Shown: positions 1-14,739, numbered from the stretch's first letter. The stretch is DNA of 64,000 nt from Paraspadella gotoi (GCA_051294375.1 CM119268.1:45437-109436), one strand, 5' to 3'. The notes: generated by a model from the letters alone, not told the origin. Numbers and translations are program-made.

Positions 1-603
1 ACTGACAGTAAAATTCGTTTGAGCAAAAATGAGAAAAAAAGAACAAAAAGATGAAATTTAATGGGAAAAAAACAAAAAAGAGATTTAAAATGTTATTAAT
101 TCACTTCGTAATTTTATATTTAAATATTTTCTCTCATTGGTCGAATTCAATAATTTTATAGAAAATTTATCTTCTCATCTGTCCATTAAATTTAGTCTTT
201 GTATAATAGAATTAGTAATAATAAAAGGTTTTTTTTGCAGCTTTTAAACGCCTTTTCGATTGCTCTACATATTGCTCTGCAAATTGCTCAACCTATTGCT
301 ATTAACTGTCAACTGTATTATAACTAACTTGGATTATTACTACTAATGGCTTTACGGTTTGATTTTATTCCCTCTTTCTTTTCTTTCCTTCGTTTCTCTC
401 TTACCGCTCTTTCTTCTTTTCTTTTATTCCCTCTTTCCTTTCTTTGCTTCTTTTCTCTCTTACATATCTTTCTTCTTTTCTTTTATTCCCTATTTCTTTT
501 CTTTTCTCCTTTCTTCTCTGCTTCCTTCGCGGACTAACGGGTCTCATCGCTTAATAATAAAAGTAGACTCATATTTTATTCTCTCTCATGGTTTCGCTGT
601 CTC

Positions 604-810
604 CGAGAGTGAAGGAGACTGAGAGCGAAGGAGACTGAGAGCGAAGGAGACTGAGAGTGAAAGAGACTGAGAGCGAAGGAGGCAGAGAGTGAAAGAGACT
701 GAGTGCGAAGGAGATAGAAAGTGAAAGATACTGAGAGCAAAAGAGTGAAAGTAAAGTAGTTGAGAAGGCAGGAAACTGAGAGTGAAAGAGACTGAGAGTA
801 AAAGAGTGTG
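604..810. repeat. 16-bp minisatellite (noisy copy ~4515-5000)
   Basis: Unit GAGACTGAGAG(C/T)GAA(G/A). Confidence 0.85.
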
Positions 811-1227
811 ATANNNNNNNNNNTATTGAGATATTTCACAAATGGTTTTTCTTCAGAATACTTTTTTTAATTTTTGTTTTCCAAACTTTTTATTTTATGA
901 AACTTTTAANNNNNNNNNNNNNNNNNNNNNNNNNNNNNNNNNNNNNNNNNNNNNNNNNNNNNNNNNNNNNNNNNNNNNNNNNNNNNNNNNNNNNNNNNNN
1001 NNNNNNNNNNNNNNNNNNNNNNNNNNNNNNNNNNNNNNNNNNNNNNNNNNNNNNNNNNNNNNNNNNNNNNNNNNNNNNNNNNNNNNNNNNNNNNNNNNNN
1101 NNNNNNNNNNNNNNNNNNNNNNNNNNNNNNNNNNNNNNNNNNNNNNNNNNNNNNNNNNNNNNNNNNNNNNNNNNNNNNNNNNNNNNNNNNNNNNNNNNNN
1201 NNNNNNNNNNNNNNNNNNNNNNNNNNN

Positions 1228-1263
<36 letters not shown>

Positions 1264-3310
1264 GTCTACATCTCAATGCGTTGACGACTTCAATGAGGAC
1301 CGATTCATTGAATGAAGCAGGGGGAGGTTGAGTCAGAGAGAGAGAGAGAGAGNNNNNNNNNNNNNNNNNNNNNNNNNNNNNNNNNNNNNNNNNNNNNNNN
1401 NNNNNNNNNNNNNNNNNNNNNNNNNNNNNNNNNNNNNNNNNNNNNNNNNNNNNNNNNNNNNNNNNNNNNNNNNNNNNNNNNNNNNNNNNNNNNNNNNNNN
1501 NNNNNNNNNNNNNNNNNNNNNNNNNNNNNNNNNNNNNNNNNNNNNNNNNNNNNNNNNNNNNNNNNNNNNNNNNNNNNNNNNNNNNNNNNNNNNNNNNNNN
1601 GTGTACAACTAAGACATTTACTTTGGCTGCAACTAATAACGCAAATTGAAAAATAGTCACTGACAGTAAAATTCGTTTGAGCAAAAATGAGAAAAAANNN
1701 NNNNNNNNNNNNNNNNNNNNNNGGAAGTTTTTAGTATACGTTTTGCTCTAAAGGCTCTCTACGCACCCCCGATTATTCCATGGGGGGGGGGGGAGGGAAG
1801 GGAGGAAACCGGAGTTTGTGTTTTGTGAATGAGCCTGCTGGGGGCGGAAGAGCGAGGATTTCATTTCTGAAGGGATCAGACGAATTAGATATTAAAATCG
1901 AACTGCAATGTTCTCTCTTCTTATCATCTCGCTCTTTTTCCATATTTACAGTCGCTACTCGAGCAAGTTGCAAACTTACAATCTGTCTTTTCGCAATCTG
2001 TTTCTTTTTCTTTCTTTTTTTCTCTTTCTTTCTTCCTTCTTTTTTCTTCTTTCTTTCTATATTCTATTCATTCTTTGCTTACTTTCTTTTCTGTTCTTTT
2101 TTCTTTACAACACAAATCTAACGTCAAATAAATTTGCTCCGTTTTCCAGTTCATTGAGCTTTGTGTCCAGATTATTTTTCGATTGTTTCCGAGTTTTTTA
2201 TTCTTATTTTAATTTCTCTCCCTCTTTTTCTCTCTCTCTCCGTCCCTCTTCTCCTCTTCTCCTCTCCTCCTCTCTCTCTCTCTCTCTCTCTCTCGTTCTG
2301 GCATTGAGGAAAGGAAAGTCTTACACCAAATTCTCAAATCCCTGGTGAGGCATCGCCCAGACCAATATTTTAAAGAAGATTGAAGCAAGATGTAAGGGGG
2401 AAAAAAGGGGAGGGGGGGCGGGAAAAACGAAAAAAAAAAATAAACAAAAAACGAGATTTCAATAGGGTCTATTTTCTATAGATTTCTTTTTCGGGTGATG
2501 TAAGAGAGAGGAGGGACGATGAAGACGAGTGGAAGAGAGAGGAGAGAGAGAGGAGAGGAGGATGAGAGAGAGAGAGAGAGAGAGAAGAGAGAGAAGGAGA
2601 ATGAAAGAGAAAGAGAGATTTTTCTGGTTTTTTTCTTTTTGTTCCAAGATGTTACAAAAAAAATTTGTGAACATGAAGCCTTTTCTGTTTATTTCTTTTT
2701 ATTTCCTGTCGCCGTTTTTTTTTATATTGCTCTTTGGTTCAATTAATTTTTTCGGAACTTTGTAAACGTATTTTTGTCTTTTTTTAAAATGAACTGCTTG
2801 AATTGAATTTCTTACTTTTGCTGAATTAATTCTTCTAATGTTATCGTAAAGTTTAAAAGTTTATTAAAAAAATCTTTTTCTATTCCCTAGGTAACTTTTT
2901 CATTCGAGCAAGTCTTCAATTCTCTTCTCTCCTCTCCTCTCCTCTCGTCCTTCTCTCTTTCTCTCTCTCTCTCTCTCACTTCGTCTTCTCTCTTCTTTTC
3001 TTTTTCTCCTCGTCGTCCTTCGATCCTCGATCAACTTCAACCGGCGAGATTTCGGGTCAACGTCCGATCGAGAACCAAACACACGAAACACCCCCCCCCA
3101 ACAACCGTCTTCTTCCCCCCTTCCATTTCCCCACTGCTCTCGTGTCGCACCTCTATCTGCCTGTCTAACGCGAAATAGCCATAAAGGGATTCAGACGCTG
3201 AACAAATGTTTATTGAAAATCCATTATCCGCTGGATAAGGCAGCCTTGCGTTCACCTCTCTGTCTCTCTCTTTCTCTTCTCTCTCTCTCTTTCTCTCTCT
3301 CTCCTTCTCT

Positions 3311-3350
<40 letters not shown>

Positions 3351-6300
3351 CTTCTCTCTCTCTTCTCTTCTCTTCTTCCTCACCCCCGTTGGCATTTACG
3401 TGCGCGATAACTTTGTCGACAAACAAGATTAATGGCAAGCTATGTTGGGCTTTTTTTTCCCCTTTATTCTGGTCTCTCGCTCTCTTCACGGTTCGAATGC
3501 TGATGGCTGACAGGCTCTTCTCTCTCTCTCTTTCTCTTCTCCTCTTCTCTTCTCTCTCTCCTATCTCTCTCTCTCTCTCTCTCTTCTCTCTGTCTGTCTA
3601 CTCTCATGCGTGCGACTTCATGAGGACTATATTGACTGAAGAGGGGGAGGTTGGTCAGAAGAGAGAGAGAGAGATGACAGAGAGAGGACGAGAAGAGAGA
3701 GAGGAGGGAAGAGAGAGAGAGGAGTGAAAAGAAAAACGAAAGAAGACGCAGAAGACAGTAGAACGAAGATAGATTAAGAAAGAGATGAAGAAGAAAGAAA
3801 GAAATAAGAAAGAAGAAAGAAAAAAGAAAGAAAGAAAGAAGAAAGAACCTAGAGAAAGAAAGAGAAAAGTAGAATTAAATAACAGATAGAAGCAGGCTGT
3901 GTGTAATAGACATTTACTTTGGCTGACTAATACGCAATGAAATGTCATGACGTAAATTATCGTTTGAGCAAAAAATGAGGGAAAAGAACAAAAAGATGAA
4001 ATTTATGGGAAAAAAACAAAAAGGATTTAAATTTATTAATTCACTTCGTATTTTATATTTAATATTTTTCTTCATTGGTCGAATTCAATTATTTTATTGA
4101 AATTTATCTTTTCTGTCCATTAATTTTAGTCTTTTGTATAATAGAATAGAATATAAAGGTTTTTTTTGAGCTTTTAAACGCCTTTTCGTTGCTCTAATAT
4201 TGCTCTGCAAATTGCTCACTCTTGCTATTACAAGATGTCAATGTATTATAACTAACTTGGTTATTACTATAATGCTTTCGGTTTGATTTTATTACTCTTT
4301 CTTTCTTTCTTCGTTTATTCTTACCGCTCTTTTTCTTTTCTTTTATTCCCTCTTCTTCTTTGCTTTTTCTTCTTACATATATTTTTGATTCTTTTCTTTA
4401 TTCCTATTTTTTCTTTTCTCCTTTCTCTCTGCTTCCTTTCGCGGACTAACGGTTCATCGCTTAATATATAAACAGTAGACTCATTATTTTATTTCCTCAT
4501 TGGTTTTGCTGTCTCCGGGTGAAGGCAGACTGAGAGCGAGGAGATGAGAGCACGGAACTGAGAGTGAAGAGGATAGAGCGAAGGGAGGCGGAGTGAAAGA
4601 GATGTCTAGTGAAAGAGCTGAGTGCGAAGAGATTAGAAAGTGAAGATTATGAAGCAAAAGAGGTTGAAGTAAGTAGTTGGAAGCAGGAAATGAGGTTGAG
4701 GACTGAGAGTAAAAGGTGTGTTAAGTCTAAGAGCAAAGGATGATAAGGTTGGCAAGAGAAGACTGAAGAGCAAAGACCGTGAGGCGAAGAGCTTGATGAA
4801 TATGGGAAGTGAGAGTGGAGAAGACTTGAGAGCGGTGGAGATGAGAGCGAGAAGTGTTTGAGAGGAAGGTAACTCAGCGAGGGAGTTGAAGGAAAGGAGT
4901 GAGAGTAAAGGAGGAGAAAATGGTTCAGAGACAAACAAAGTGTGAGGAGTAATAAGAAGATCGAGTTTGAAATGAAGTGGAAATAAGAGAGAGAGAGGAG
5001 AGAGAGATGAGAGAGGAGAGGAGAGTGAGAGAGAGAGAGAGAGGAGAGCAAGAGAGAGAGAGAGAGAGAAGAGAGAGAGACGGAGAGAGAGAGAGGATTG
5101 GAATTCATATTAGGATCGTTCGCTGACGGGGTATAAAAATAGGGGAGGGTGATAAAGCGACAGATTTTCCTTCCGTCAACAGACTTTTTGATATTATGTA
5201 TTTTCTCATTGTACTTAAATACATTATTTTGTGTATATGTCTGTTGTTTTGTTTTGAGTTTTAATATTAACTTGTGACCTGTAGAATTAAGAGTATTTTT
5301 GAGTATTTTATTAAACCGATTTTCAAATCATACGCTATTTGCATAAGAAAAACTTTAACTTATTTCTATTTTCGACGGATTGTAAAAGTGTTTTATCCTA
5401 AATCATGTCGTTCATTTACAACAGACTGATAATTTTAATATAATGTTAATATAATGTTAATATAATGTTAATATTCCCTTGACTTTTGTCTGTCAATTTG
5501 ATTTCATTGTGTCACTTCGTCAATAATAAAAAAAATTACCAACAAATCGAATTATAAATTAATATGTTATTTCGGAATCTGTCTGTGGATTTTAAATTTT
5601 AAGTCTGTCTGTCCGTTTTTTCCTGATCAAATGTTATGTCTCTTGTGTTTGTCAATCTATCTGTCAAGTTTTTATTTGACGTTTTTTTAATATTAGAGCA
5701 ACCAATTGTGTGATATTCTGGAGTAAACCATAATATGTAGTACTTTTTATCGTCCCCAATAGACAACTGAGAGATGAACGAAATCGTGAAGGAAATAAGA
5801 AAATAAAATATTCCCAAAAATAACCTATCCATCAAATAACTATTGGTCGACCGTAAGTAGACTTTCACCTCGACTCATCTAGAACTAGAAAATAGAAGAT
5901 CCAATATAATTATAATATTACGATAGTTACTTTTAATCAAAGTCAAACAATAATTAATTATACAGGCCGGTAAAACGTGCCACAATTTTACAAAAGTACA
6001 ATTGTTTACTTTTACTCGAAGACTCAATNNNNNNNNNNNNNNNNNNNNNNNNNCGGTAAAAAACAAGAAGGGAATTCTTCTCTTTTCTCTCTTAAAGTTC
6101 GCACACAAGGGAATTTGAAACGAATGCAAAGATCAAACAACGAAGAATAACACATGACCTTTTTTAGTCTTTTAATTACATTTACTGATAAATGAGAACG
6201 ATTAAACTGCAAATTGATCAAAACAATGAACGATTGATGTACCGACGAAGGGGAAAATAATCCCCGTCGACGACGACGACGAAAAGACTAACGACGGGAA

Positions 6301-9300
6301 GCACTCCACCGACGACGACGGACCGACGACGACGACCCCCGACCGAGACGAACCTAACGAGGACCAGCCGACGGCGTTCGGTGCCTCCTCCGCCCAACCT
6401 CGAGCGCGGGCGGCAGGGCGCGGTCCCCGGCTCCCCCCCGTCCCGTCCCGCCTAAAAAAAATCCGGCGTTTGCATAAGCAATGAAGTCATGAAGCTTTGA
6501 AAGGATGATCTCCGATCCGACCGATCTCTCGTTTTTGATAGACGGGAGGGATGCGAGGAATAGTAGGGGGATATTTATCTACGGGAGTCAATGGAGGCGA
6601 TCTGGAGTTTATGAGAGGGACATGGAGCGGGAGAGAAGTCGAATGGGTCTTAGAGGAAGAATAGGGAAGGAGTGCAGGGGAGGAGTGGTTTCGAGAAGAT
6701 AAAGTCGGGAGATGGTGGAAGGCGAGGATACCGGAAGAGAAGATGGGAGGGGAATGGAAGAAAGAGAAGGAGGAAGGGGAGGAGGGAGTCGGGGGGAAGG
6801 AAAGGCTTAGATGGAGGAAGAAGGAGGTTTGAGAAAAGTATAGGGAGTGGGTGAGAGGAAGATTAAGGAATTTGGATAAGAGGAGGGGTGAGAATTTAAG
6901 CAAAGCGATTTTCGAGATGGATTTTGGAAGGCGGATCGAGGAGGGGAGGAGGGCGGAGGAATAGAGGAGAGGGGGAGAGGAAGAAAGGAATGGAGTGAAG
7001 GACGGGCTTAGGTGAGGGGCGAGAAGAAGAAAAGCGGAGATGGAGGAAGGAGGAGGGGGAGAAAGAGGAGCGGGAGAGGAAGAAAGGTAAGGAGGAAGGG
7101 ATGGAGGGGGTGAGAAGAAACAAAAGCCGAAAGAGGGAAAGAAGGGAGGAGGGGGTCGAGCAAGAGGGAGGGCGGAGACGGAAGAAAGGGCAAGGAGGAA
7201 GGGACGGTGCAGGGGAGAAGAAAAGCGCGAGAGGGAGGAAGGGAGCGTAGCGGGGAGGGGAGAACGAGGAGAGGGGGAGAGGAAGAAAGGGAAGGAGGAA
7301 GCGAGGAGGGGGGGAGAAAGAAAATGGCCGTCAGACGGGAAAGAGCGGAGGAAGTGAGCGAGGGGACGGAGAGAAAGTCGGAGGGGCGAGAGCGTAAGAA
7401 AGGGAAGGAGGAAGGGGTGGTCACGGACGGGGGAGAAAGGAAAAGGCGGACGCTGAATATATAGGGAAGTGTGAGGAGGGGAAGAAAGAGGCGAGGGTGG
7501 TGGAGAGCAGGGAAGAAAGGCGAAGCCGCAGGAAGCAGGTGAAGGATCGGCAGGGGGAGAGAAAAGGGCGTGAGCAGGTGAAGAGAAAGAGAACGGTAGA
7601 GGGAGAAGAGCGTGAGAAGGGGAGAGTAAGAAAGGCAAGTGAGGCAAGCGCTGAGGGAGGGGGAAAAAGAAAAAAGGCCGAGAGGGAGGAAGGGTAGGGA
7701 GGGTGGATGAGAGATGGGAAGGGGAGACCGGAGAACCCGAAAGGGAAGGAGGGAAGGGGAGGGATGGGAGGAGAAGAAAGAGTCGAGAGATAAGAACGGA
7801 ATGGAGGGAAAAGAAAGAGGGAGGGGCTGAGAAGAGGCAAAAGAGAATGACAAGGAGGAAGGGAAGGGACTGGGGAGAAGAAAAAGGCGATGGAGCCGGA
7901 GATAGGAACGAAGGACGGGAAGAAGAGGAGGGGATGACGGGCAAGAGTCAGTTAAAGGGAAGGAGGAAGGAGGGAGGTGCGAGAGAAGTTAACAGTGAAC
8001 AGGTCGGGACATTTGAGTAGGTAAGGTGAGAAGGTGTGAGGACGCAGAGAGTGCAATGGAGGGGAGAGGCGCAAGCAAACACTTGGGAGGTGGAAGGGAG
8101 GTGTAGGGGGGAGAAGGAGAAAAAAGGCGCGAGATGAGGAAAGGGGAGAGGTCGAGAGAGCAGGCGATGGGGGAGAGGAATGAAAGAAAGGGGAAGGAAC
8201 AGAGGAGAGGAGAATGGGGGGAGCACAGAAAAAGGCCTAGATGGAGAAGGGGGAGGGGCAGGAGAGGAGAGAGAGAGAGCAAAACAAGAAGAACAAGGAT
8301 AGAGAAGAAAGAGAGGGAGAAAGGATAAAAAAGATAGAAAGGAAGAGCGACGAGAAAGAAGGAGAGAACGCGACAGAAGAGCAGAAAGAAAGGGAAAGAG
8401 AGGTAAGGAGAGGGAGTATGGAGAAGACCCGGCCCATTTGTATTCGGATAGACAGAAAACGTGTCAGGGAACGGAAAGGTCAGGGAAAGCGGATAGATTT
8501 CATCTGTCATTATGAGAGAAAAAGAGGACTCTAAAGCTAGGACAGAAAGGACTCACCGTGCGGAGGTGCGAGAGAGGGAGAGAGGTAGGAGGTCGATGAT
8601 GGGGCAGACGATGAGAAAACAGAGAAGAGAAACAGAAAGGAAAAGGAGAGAGGGAGAAAGGACAAGATAGAAAGCTGACGAGAGCAGATGAGAGAGATAG
8701 AGAGAGATAGCATGAGAGAGAGACGCATCTAGAGGAGAGAAGACGGACGAGAGAGAAGAGATGAGACGCGGGAGCAGGACTGACCTCATGAGAGAGACTG
8801 AGAGAGAGAGGAGACTTTGCTATATTGCAAGCTCGGACTGGCTTCCACTTTAAGGAGAAAAAACTTGTTATGCAGCGATTAAGAAGCTAAAGTGTTTTTG
8901 TCTTTTTTTCTTTTTCAAAACTAAATGCACATTCTCATTGGTTAGACCCCAGAGTGTCAGTTGGTCTTAGAACCAAGTGTCATTCATTAAACTCCATTAG
9001 TTAGACCCACAGTTCATTCACTGTTTACCTAAGACCGCCCCGTAGAGCTAGGGGGATCTTAGGTAAAACTTGAAACTCGATTCAATAATTCCGACTAATT
9101 GATTTCATATTGTCTCCTCCAAGAAAAATATTTATTTTTATTAAGATTATAAACCAGACTGTGTGTCTTAATTGAAAACCTTGCAAGAAAGTGACAGTCT
9201 TGTCTTATGTTATTATTCCTTGAACCATTTGCCCACCATTGTCTTCCAAAAACCAGTAGCCAGAAAGAATTCATTACATTAACGAATATATAATTTTACT

Positions 9301-11092
9301 TTTTATTTTTACCAATTTTATAAAAACAGAGATGAGCGAAAAAGACCTGAGACTCCCTAGTGCACTATATAAGTTGGTTGGTAATCCAAGGAAGTGGGGA
9401 ATATGGTCCTCCACTCCTCGTTCAATCCTTCTACAAGCACAAGGTCTGAGAGAGTACCCGGGAGGCCTCTACCTCCCGCTCGGCTCCCCTTTCCTAGTAG
9501 GCCGAGATGCGCTCCTCGACACGGCGATCGTCTTCTCTCGAAGAATGGCCGGTCGCCCCGTCCAAGGCGCGCATCATGGAACGGGACGAGGTCGGGAACA
9601 CACTAACCGAATCCGCTCACGATTCTTACATGAGACAGAGATGAGATTCCTCATAAAATATGAGGAAAATGTGGAGCAGGCAGTAGCGAACAAAACGAAA
9701 CAACGGACTGCCTCCCAAGAAGGAAGCAAAGATAACGGAGCCCTCCCCTCCACGGTAGGAGAAGAGGGAGAACGCCGGGGAGACTTGATCCAGAATCGAG
9801 TCCTGACGGAACGGAAATCAATGATGAAGGGGCTGCAGGGACAGAGAACGTGGCACGGGCAGACTCATCGGACGGGAAGAGAGCCGATCGATATTCGTGC
9901 GGCTTGGACTTCACCCTAGGTCCTGACACGGTTTTCCGAATCTTGACGAAGTAGGCTTCTATGGCCGGCTCTTCCGCCGGCTTGTAATGTGGAACTTCGC
10001 GACAGCTTTGAAAGCTGCTTGAGACGACCAGTCTGACATCAAGAGCCGGACACCAAGGAGACGTGCGGCGGGTTGGGATTAAAAGGCCGGCGGTCGACCC
10101 CTTTGACCGCTGTAACGAACGTGTATACCGGAAAAGCATATTGTACCGAAGACAACAAACACTCTCCGTCGGGGGAGAGAGGAGACGAGTAGGAAGGAGA
10201 AGCGGCGGTTCCAGAGCGAGCGCCCGACGCAGAGATCGGCACGGCGCCGTATCGAACGAAAACCGACCGTGATCGAGAAACTGATCACGCAAAAAGCGCC
10301 GGCAGCGATTGAGAAACCTCCAGGGTTGGCCCCTCGGTCATGAGCGACCATGATGTGAGAGCGCACAGAGCCGAAGCAAGGAGATGCGCTGCACACAGTG
10401 ATCCGCTGAAATACCCGCCTGATGCGCCAACAAAGAGACTTAAGCTCGATCGGCGACAAAGGACGGCTGACCCGACGCGCCCGCCTCCTCGCATCGTGCG
10501 TATTGGACGGTGAACAGGAATAAACTTTGTAGATTAGCCGACTTCGGAACGGGCGGATCAACACCCGTCGTTGATCGGCCGTGACGCGCTGGGCGTGGTC
10601 AACCCCACGCGAGGCGCAAGGAGTGGAGTGGAAGACTCGCACAGCTTCTCGCCCAAACTCCGCTTAGCTCACGTGGACAGAACCGCGCATTTTTCGACCA
10701 TCGACGGCGACGCCCGCTCCTTGCCGCGGGCTGCAGGCTGCTTGAGCGAGGAGGAGGAGGAGACGATTCAAAGACGAGGGGAGAAAGAAGGAGGGGGAGA
10801 GGAAGAAAGGAAAGGAGGAAGGGAGGGAGATGGAGGTTCGGAGGAACGGCAGGGAAGGAAGGTAGNNNNNNNNNNNNNNNNNNNNNNNNNNNNNNNNNNN
10901 NNNNNNNNNNNNNNNNNNNNNNNNNNNNNNNNNNNNNNNNNNNNNNNNNNNNNNNNNNNNNNNNNNNNNNNNNNNNNNNNNNNNNNNAGAGAGAGAAACA
11001 GAGATGCACGAAACAGAGAAAGAGAGAGGGAGAAAAGAAATAAGAAAGTGAAGAGAGGAGAGAGAGAGAGAGATAGGAAGAGAGGAGAGAGA

Positions 11093-11131
<39 letters not shown>

Positions 11132-11224
11132 GTCTAATTGAAGCTCGACTGGTTCCACTTAAGAAAAACTGTAGCGATTAGAAGCTTAAGTTTTTTGTCT
11201 TTTTTTCTTTCAAAACTAAATGCA

Positions 11225-11348
11225 ATTCTCATTGGTTAGACCCAAGTTCATTGGTTAGACCCAAGTTCATTCATTAACTCATTAGTTAGACCCAAGTTCA
11301 TTCACTTTTACCTAAGACCGCCCTAAGCTAGGGTGATCTTAGGTAAAA
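11225..11348. repeat. short tandem repeat followed by a ~20-bp-stem hairpin (copies at ~8935-9068 and ~19545-19667)
   Basis: (TTAGACCCAAGTTCATTGG) x3, then TTTTACCTAAGA-C-CGCCCTA-AGC-TAGGGTG-A-TCTTAGGTAAAA. Confidence 0.75.
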
Positions 11349-11721
11349 TTGAACTCGATTCAATAATTCCGAAATTGATTTCATATTTTATCAAGAAAAA
11401 TATTTATTTTTATTAAGATTATAAACCAGACTGTGTGTCTTAATTGAAACCTTGCAGAAAGTACAGTCTTGTTATGTTATTATCTTGAACCATTGCACCA
11501 TTGTCTTTCCAAAACCAGTAGCCAGAAAGAATATACATTAACGAATATATAATTTTATTTTTATTTTACCAATTTTATAAAAAGAGATTAGCGAAAAAGA
11601 AGTCACAATTTTTTCAAGAATAATTGTAAAAAAAGTGTACAGGGGATGAAAGGCCAAGGGCATTAAAGCAAAAACTAAAAAAGAGATTAAAAAAAGGAAA
11701 ATGTAGAAGTAAGGAAAAAAA

Positions 11722-11753
<32 letters not shown>

Positions 11754-12729
11754 NNNNNNNNNNNNNNNNNNNNNNNNNNNNNNNNNNNNNNNNNNNNNNN
11801 NNNNNNNNNNNNNNNNNNNNNNNNNNNNNNNNNNNNNNNNNNNNNNNNNNNNNNNNNNNNNNNNNNNNNNNNNNNNNNNNNNNNNNNNNNNNNNNNNNNN
11901 NNNNNNNNNNNNNNNNNNNNNNNNNNNNNNNNNNNNNNNNNNNNNNNNNNNNNNNNNNNNNNNNNNNNNNNNNNNNNNNNNNNNNNNNNNNNNNNNNNNN
12001 NNNNNNNNNNNNNNNNNNNAGAGAGAGATTTAAAGAAGGTGAGGCGGACAAGGAAGGAATAACGGGAAAGGTCACTCGAACAGATAACGGCGGAGAAAGA
12101 GGAAAACAAAGGAGGAAATAAAAGGAAAGAAAAAAGAAAATAAGGAGAAAGAAAGGAAAGAAGTAAAAAAAAGAAAATAATAAAAGAAAAGGGATAGCTT
12201 ATCAAAAGCCATAGTGAAAAAAAGAGTAATATAAATAAATGAGCATATTTCCTAAGAGCATAATCGAGTGACTTTTCTTCATTTTTTTTCATTTTTTCAG
12301 AATTTATTTATTTATTGAATGAATGGCTAATTTTTAAATTGGTTGTACCATTTTCATAAAAAACTATCCTAGCTAGAATATAGTATAAAAACATATTTTC
12401 GTTTCGATTATATTACAAGTTTTTTGGTATTACTCTAGATTGAAGTCCCTGAAAATACAAGAAATAAAATCTTCTTTTGAGGGAAAAAGAAAGACAAACG
12501 AATTTCATCTTTGCGAAAGAAAGAAAAAAGTTGGCGGGAATAGAAAGCAAACACTTGAGAGAGAGAGAGCGAGANNNNNNNNNNNNNNNNNNNNNNNNNN
12601 NNNNNNNNNNNNNNNNNNNNNNNNNNNNNNNNNNNNNNNNNNNNNNNNNNNNNNNNNNNNNNNNNNNNNNNNNNNNNNNNNNNNNNNNNNNNNNNNNNNN
12701 NNNNNNNNNNNNNNNNNNNNNNNNNNNNN

Positions 12730-12764
<35 letters not shown>

Positions 12765-13339
12765 AGAGATTGACTAGATTGCGGTCGAAAGGACACAGGA
12801 TGTGGGGAACATCGAAGAAGGAAATGATGCGAAAGAAAAATGGGGATAAAAAATAGAGAAAAGGGGAAAGATTGGGGAATAAAAAGGGAAAGAAAAAAGG
12901 AAAAAATGAAGTAATGATTGATAATTATTGCTTGATTATGAATGAAAGAGANNNNNNNNNNNNNNNNNNNNNNNNNNNNNNNNNNNNNNNNNNNNNNNNN
13001 NNNNNNNNNNNNNNNNNNNNNNNNNNNNNNNNNNNNNNNNNNNNNNNNNNNNNNNNNNNNNNNNNNNNNNNNNNNNNNNNNNNNNNNNNNNNNNNNNNNN
13101 NNNNNNNNNNNNNNNNNNNNNNNNNNNNNNNNNNNNNNNNNNNNNNNNNNNNNNNNNNNNNNNNNNNNNNNNNNNNNNNNNNNNNNNNNNNNNNGAGAGA
13201 GAAAGAGAGAGAGAGTGGGAAAAAAGGTTTGGCTTGATAAAAAGGAGGAACTATAGGAAGAAAAATTATTGGAGAGAGATTAAGAGAAAAGGAAATGAAG
13301 AAAAGGAAAGAAAGAAAATGTCACCAACAGAAATGATAT

Positions 13340-13374
<35 letters not shown>

Positions 13375-14663
13375 ATGAATGAATGAATGAATGAATGAAT
13401 GAATGAATGAATGAATGAATAATAGTATTGTTGAAGAAAAAACCGTGGATATTTACAATATTAGAGATTCTATTGCTATTTGCTCTATCTGCTATTTTGG
13501 AACACCTCATACATTGTTCGCAAGAATGTAATATATCTCAACCAGGATTTCAACTGGAAACTTGTTCACTATTGGATCATGAGCATAAGAGAAAAAGAAG
13601 ATTATGTTTCGAAAGTTTTCGCAATAAAAATAATAAAGATAAAGACATAAACAGAAATATTGGAAGCCTTGATCCAACATGGGACGATATTATTACTTTT
13701 GTTTCAACTTCAAAAAGTGACACCGTGAGGATGAGGAGGAGTCAAGCATAAACACGGTAGGGCAGAGAGGATGTGAAAGAAACAAAANNNNNNNNNNNNN
13801 NNNNNNNNNNNNNNNNNNNNNNNNNNNNNNNNNNNNNNNNNNNNNNNNNNNNNNNNNNNNNNNNNNNNNNNNNNNNNNNNNNNNNNNNNNNNNNNNNNNN
13901 NNNNNNNNNNNNNNNNNNNNNNNNNNNNNNNNNNNNNNNNNNNNNNNNNNNNNNNNNNNNNNNNNNNNNNNNNNNNNNNNNNNNNNNNNNNNNNNNTTTA
14001 TAAAAAAAATTTTTAGTAGTTTAGTGAATATGCTTACAATTATCTTATCATTATCTACAAAGCATAAGCTTTAATTTGAAACCACTCCCAACTTTCTATT
14101 ACTTTTCACTATTGAAATATAAATAAAAATTATTTTTTTTTTTAAAAAAGATTAATCAATTAGTACCATTGAACAGATTATTTCTTAAAAATAAAAATAC
14201 AAATATGTTCTTAAAATACAGTTCTACTTATTAGGCTTCAAAATTAGTTTTTTTTTAATTAATAATAATTTTAATATAAAAAATTTTAAAAATGAAAAAA
14301 AAGTTTTGAAAAATATTAATATATACTCTAATTAAGTATTAAAAGATAAAGCATTATGTTTGTTAATATTTTTCTACATTTGTCTATTAAAAATATATAT
14401 CAAATATTGAGTGAGTTATTATTATAATATAATTTTATGAATAAAATTTTTTTTATAAGTAATAAATTATATAATTACTTTTTAAAGCTGGATATAAAGA
14501 AGGAATAAGTTTCAATCAGACAATAGAAATTTGGAGGAAGACAATGATATGTTTTTTAATAATGAGAAGGATGATAACTAGTCTTGTGAGCCTTCGAGAC
14601 AAGTTTTCATTTTGAACAGACAGAAAGAATTGTTATTTGTTAATGACAGAACCGTTCAATATA

Positions 14664-14739
14664 AGCAGTCCCTGAGCTTTGGATCAGTCTGTAACACCAT
14701 GTTACAGGCGGGTTAAGCGACCCGTCCCTTTTAACTGCC
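14664..14739 (-). ncRNA. type-P5 (circularly permuted) twister-ribozyme-like motif, family A
   Basis: Minus strand: GGCAGTT[P5] AAAAGG GA CGG GTCGCT TAA CCC GC CTGTAACA-TGG-TGTTACAG[P3] A CTGA-TCCAAAGC-TCAG[P4+loop] G GACTGCT[P5']. The loop matches twister UCCNAAGC. One T1 mismatch (CGG vs CCA). Predicted cut between 14715 and 14714. Confidence 0.7.

Noticed and set aside
842-1684. ORFs spanning N runs (also around 11750-13990, 28315-28869, 56347-57035)
   Set aside because: Artefacts of translating assembly gaps.
6487-7944. 485-aa ORF (and the 580-aa ORF at 17485-19227)
   Set aside because: Translations of a purine-only minisatellite. The two copies do not preserve frame or peptide.
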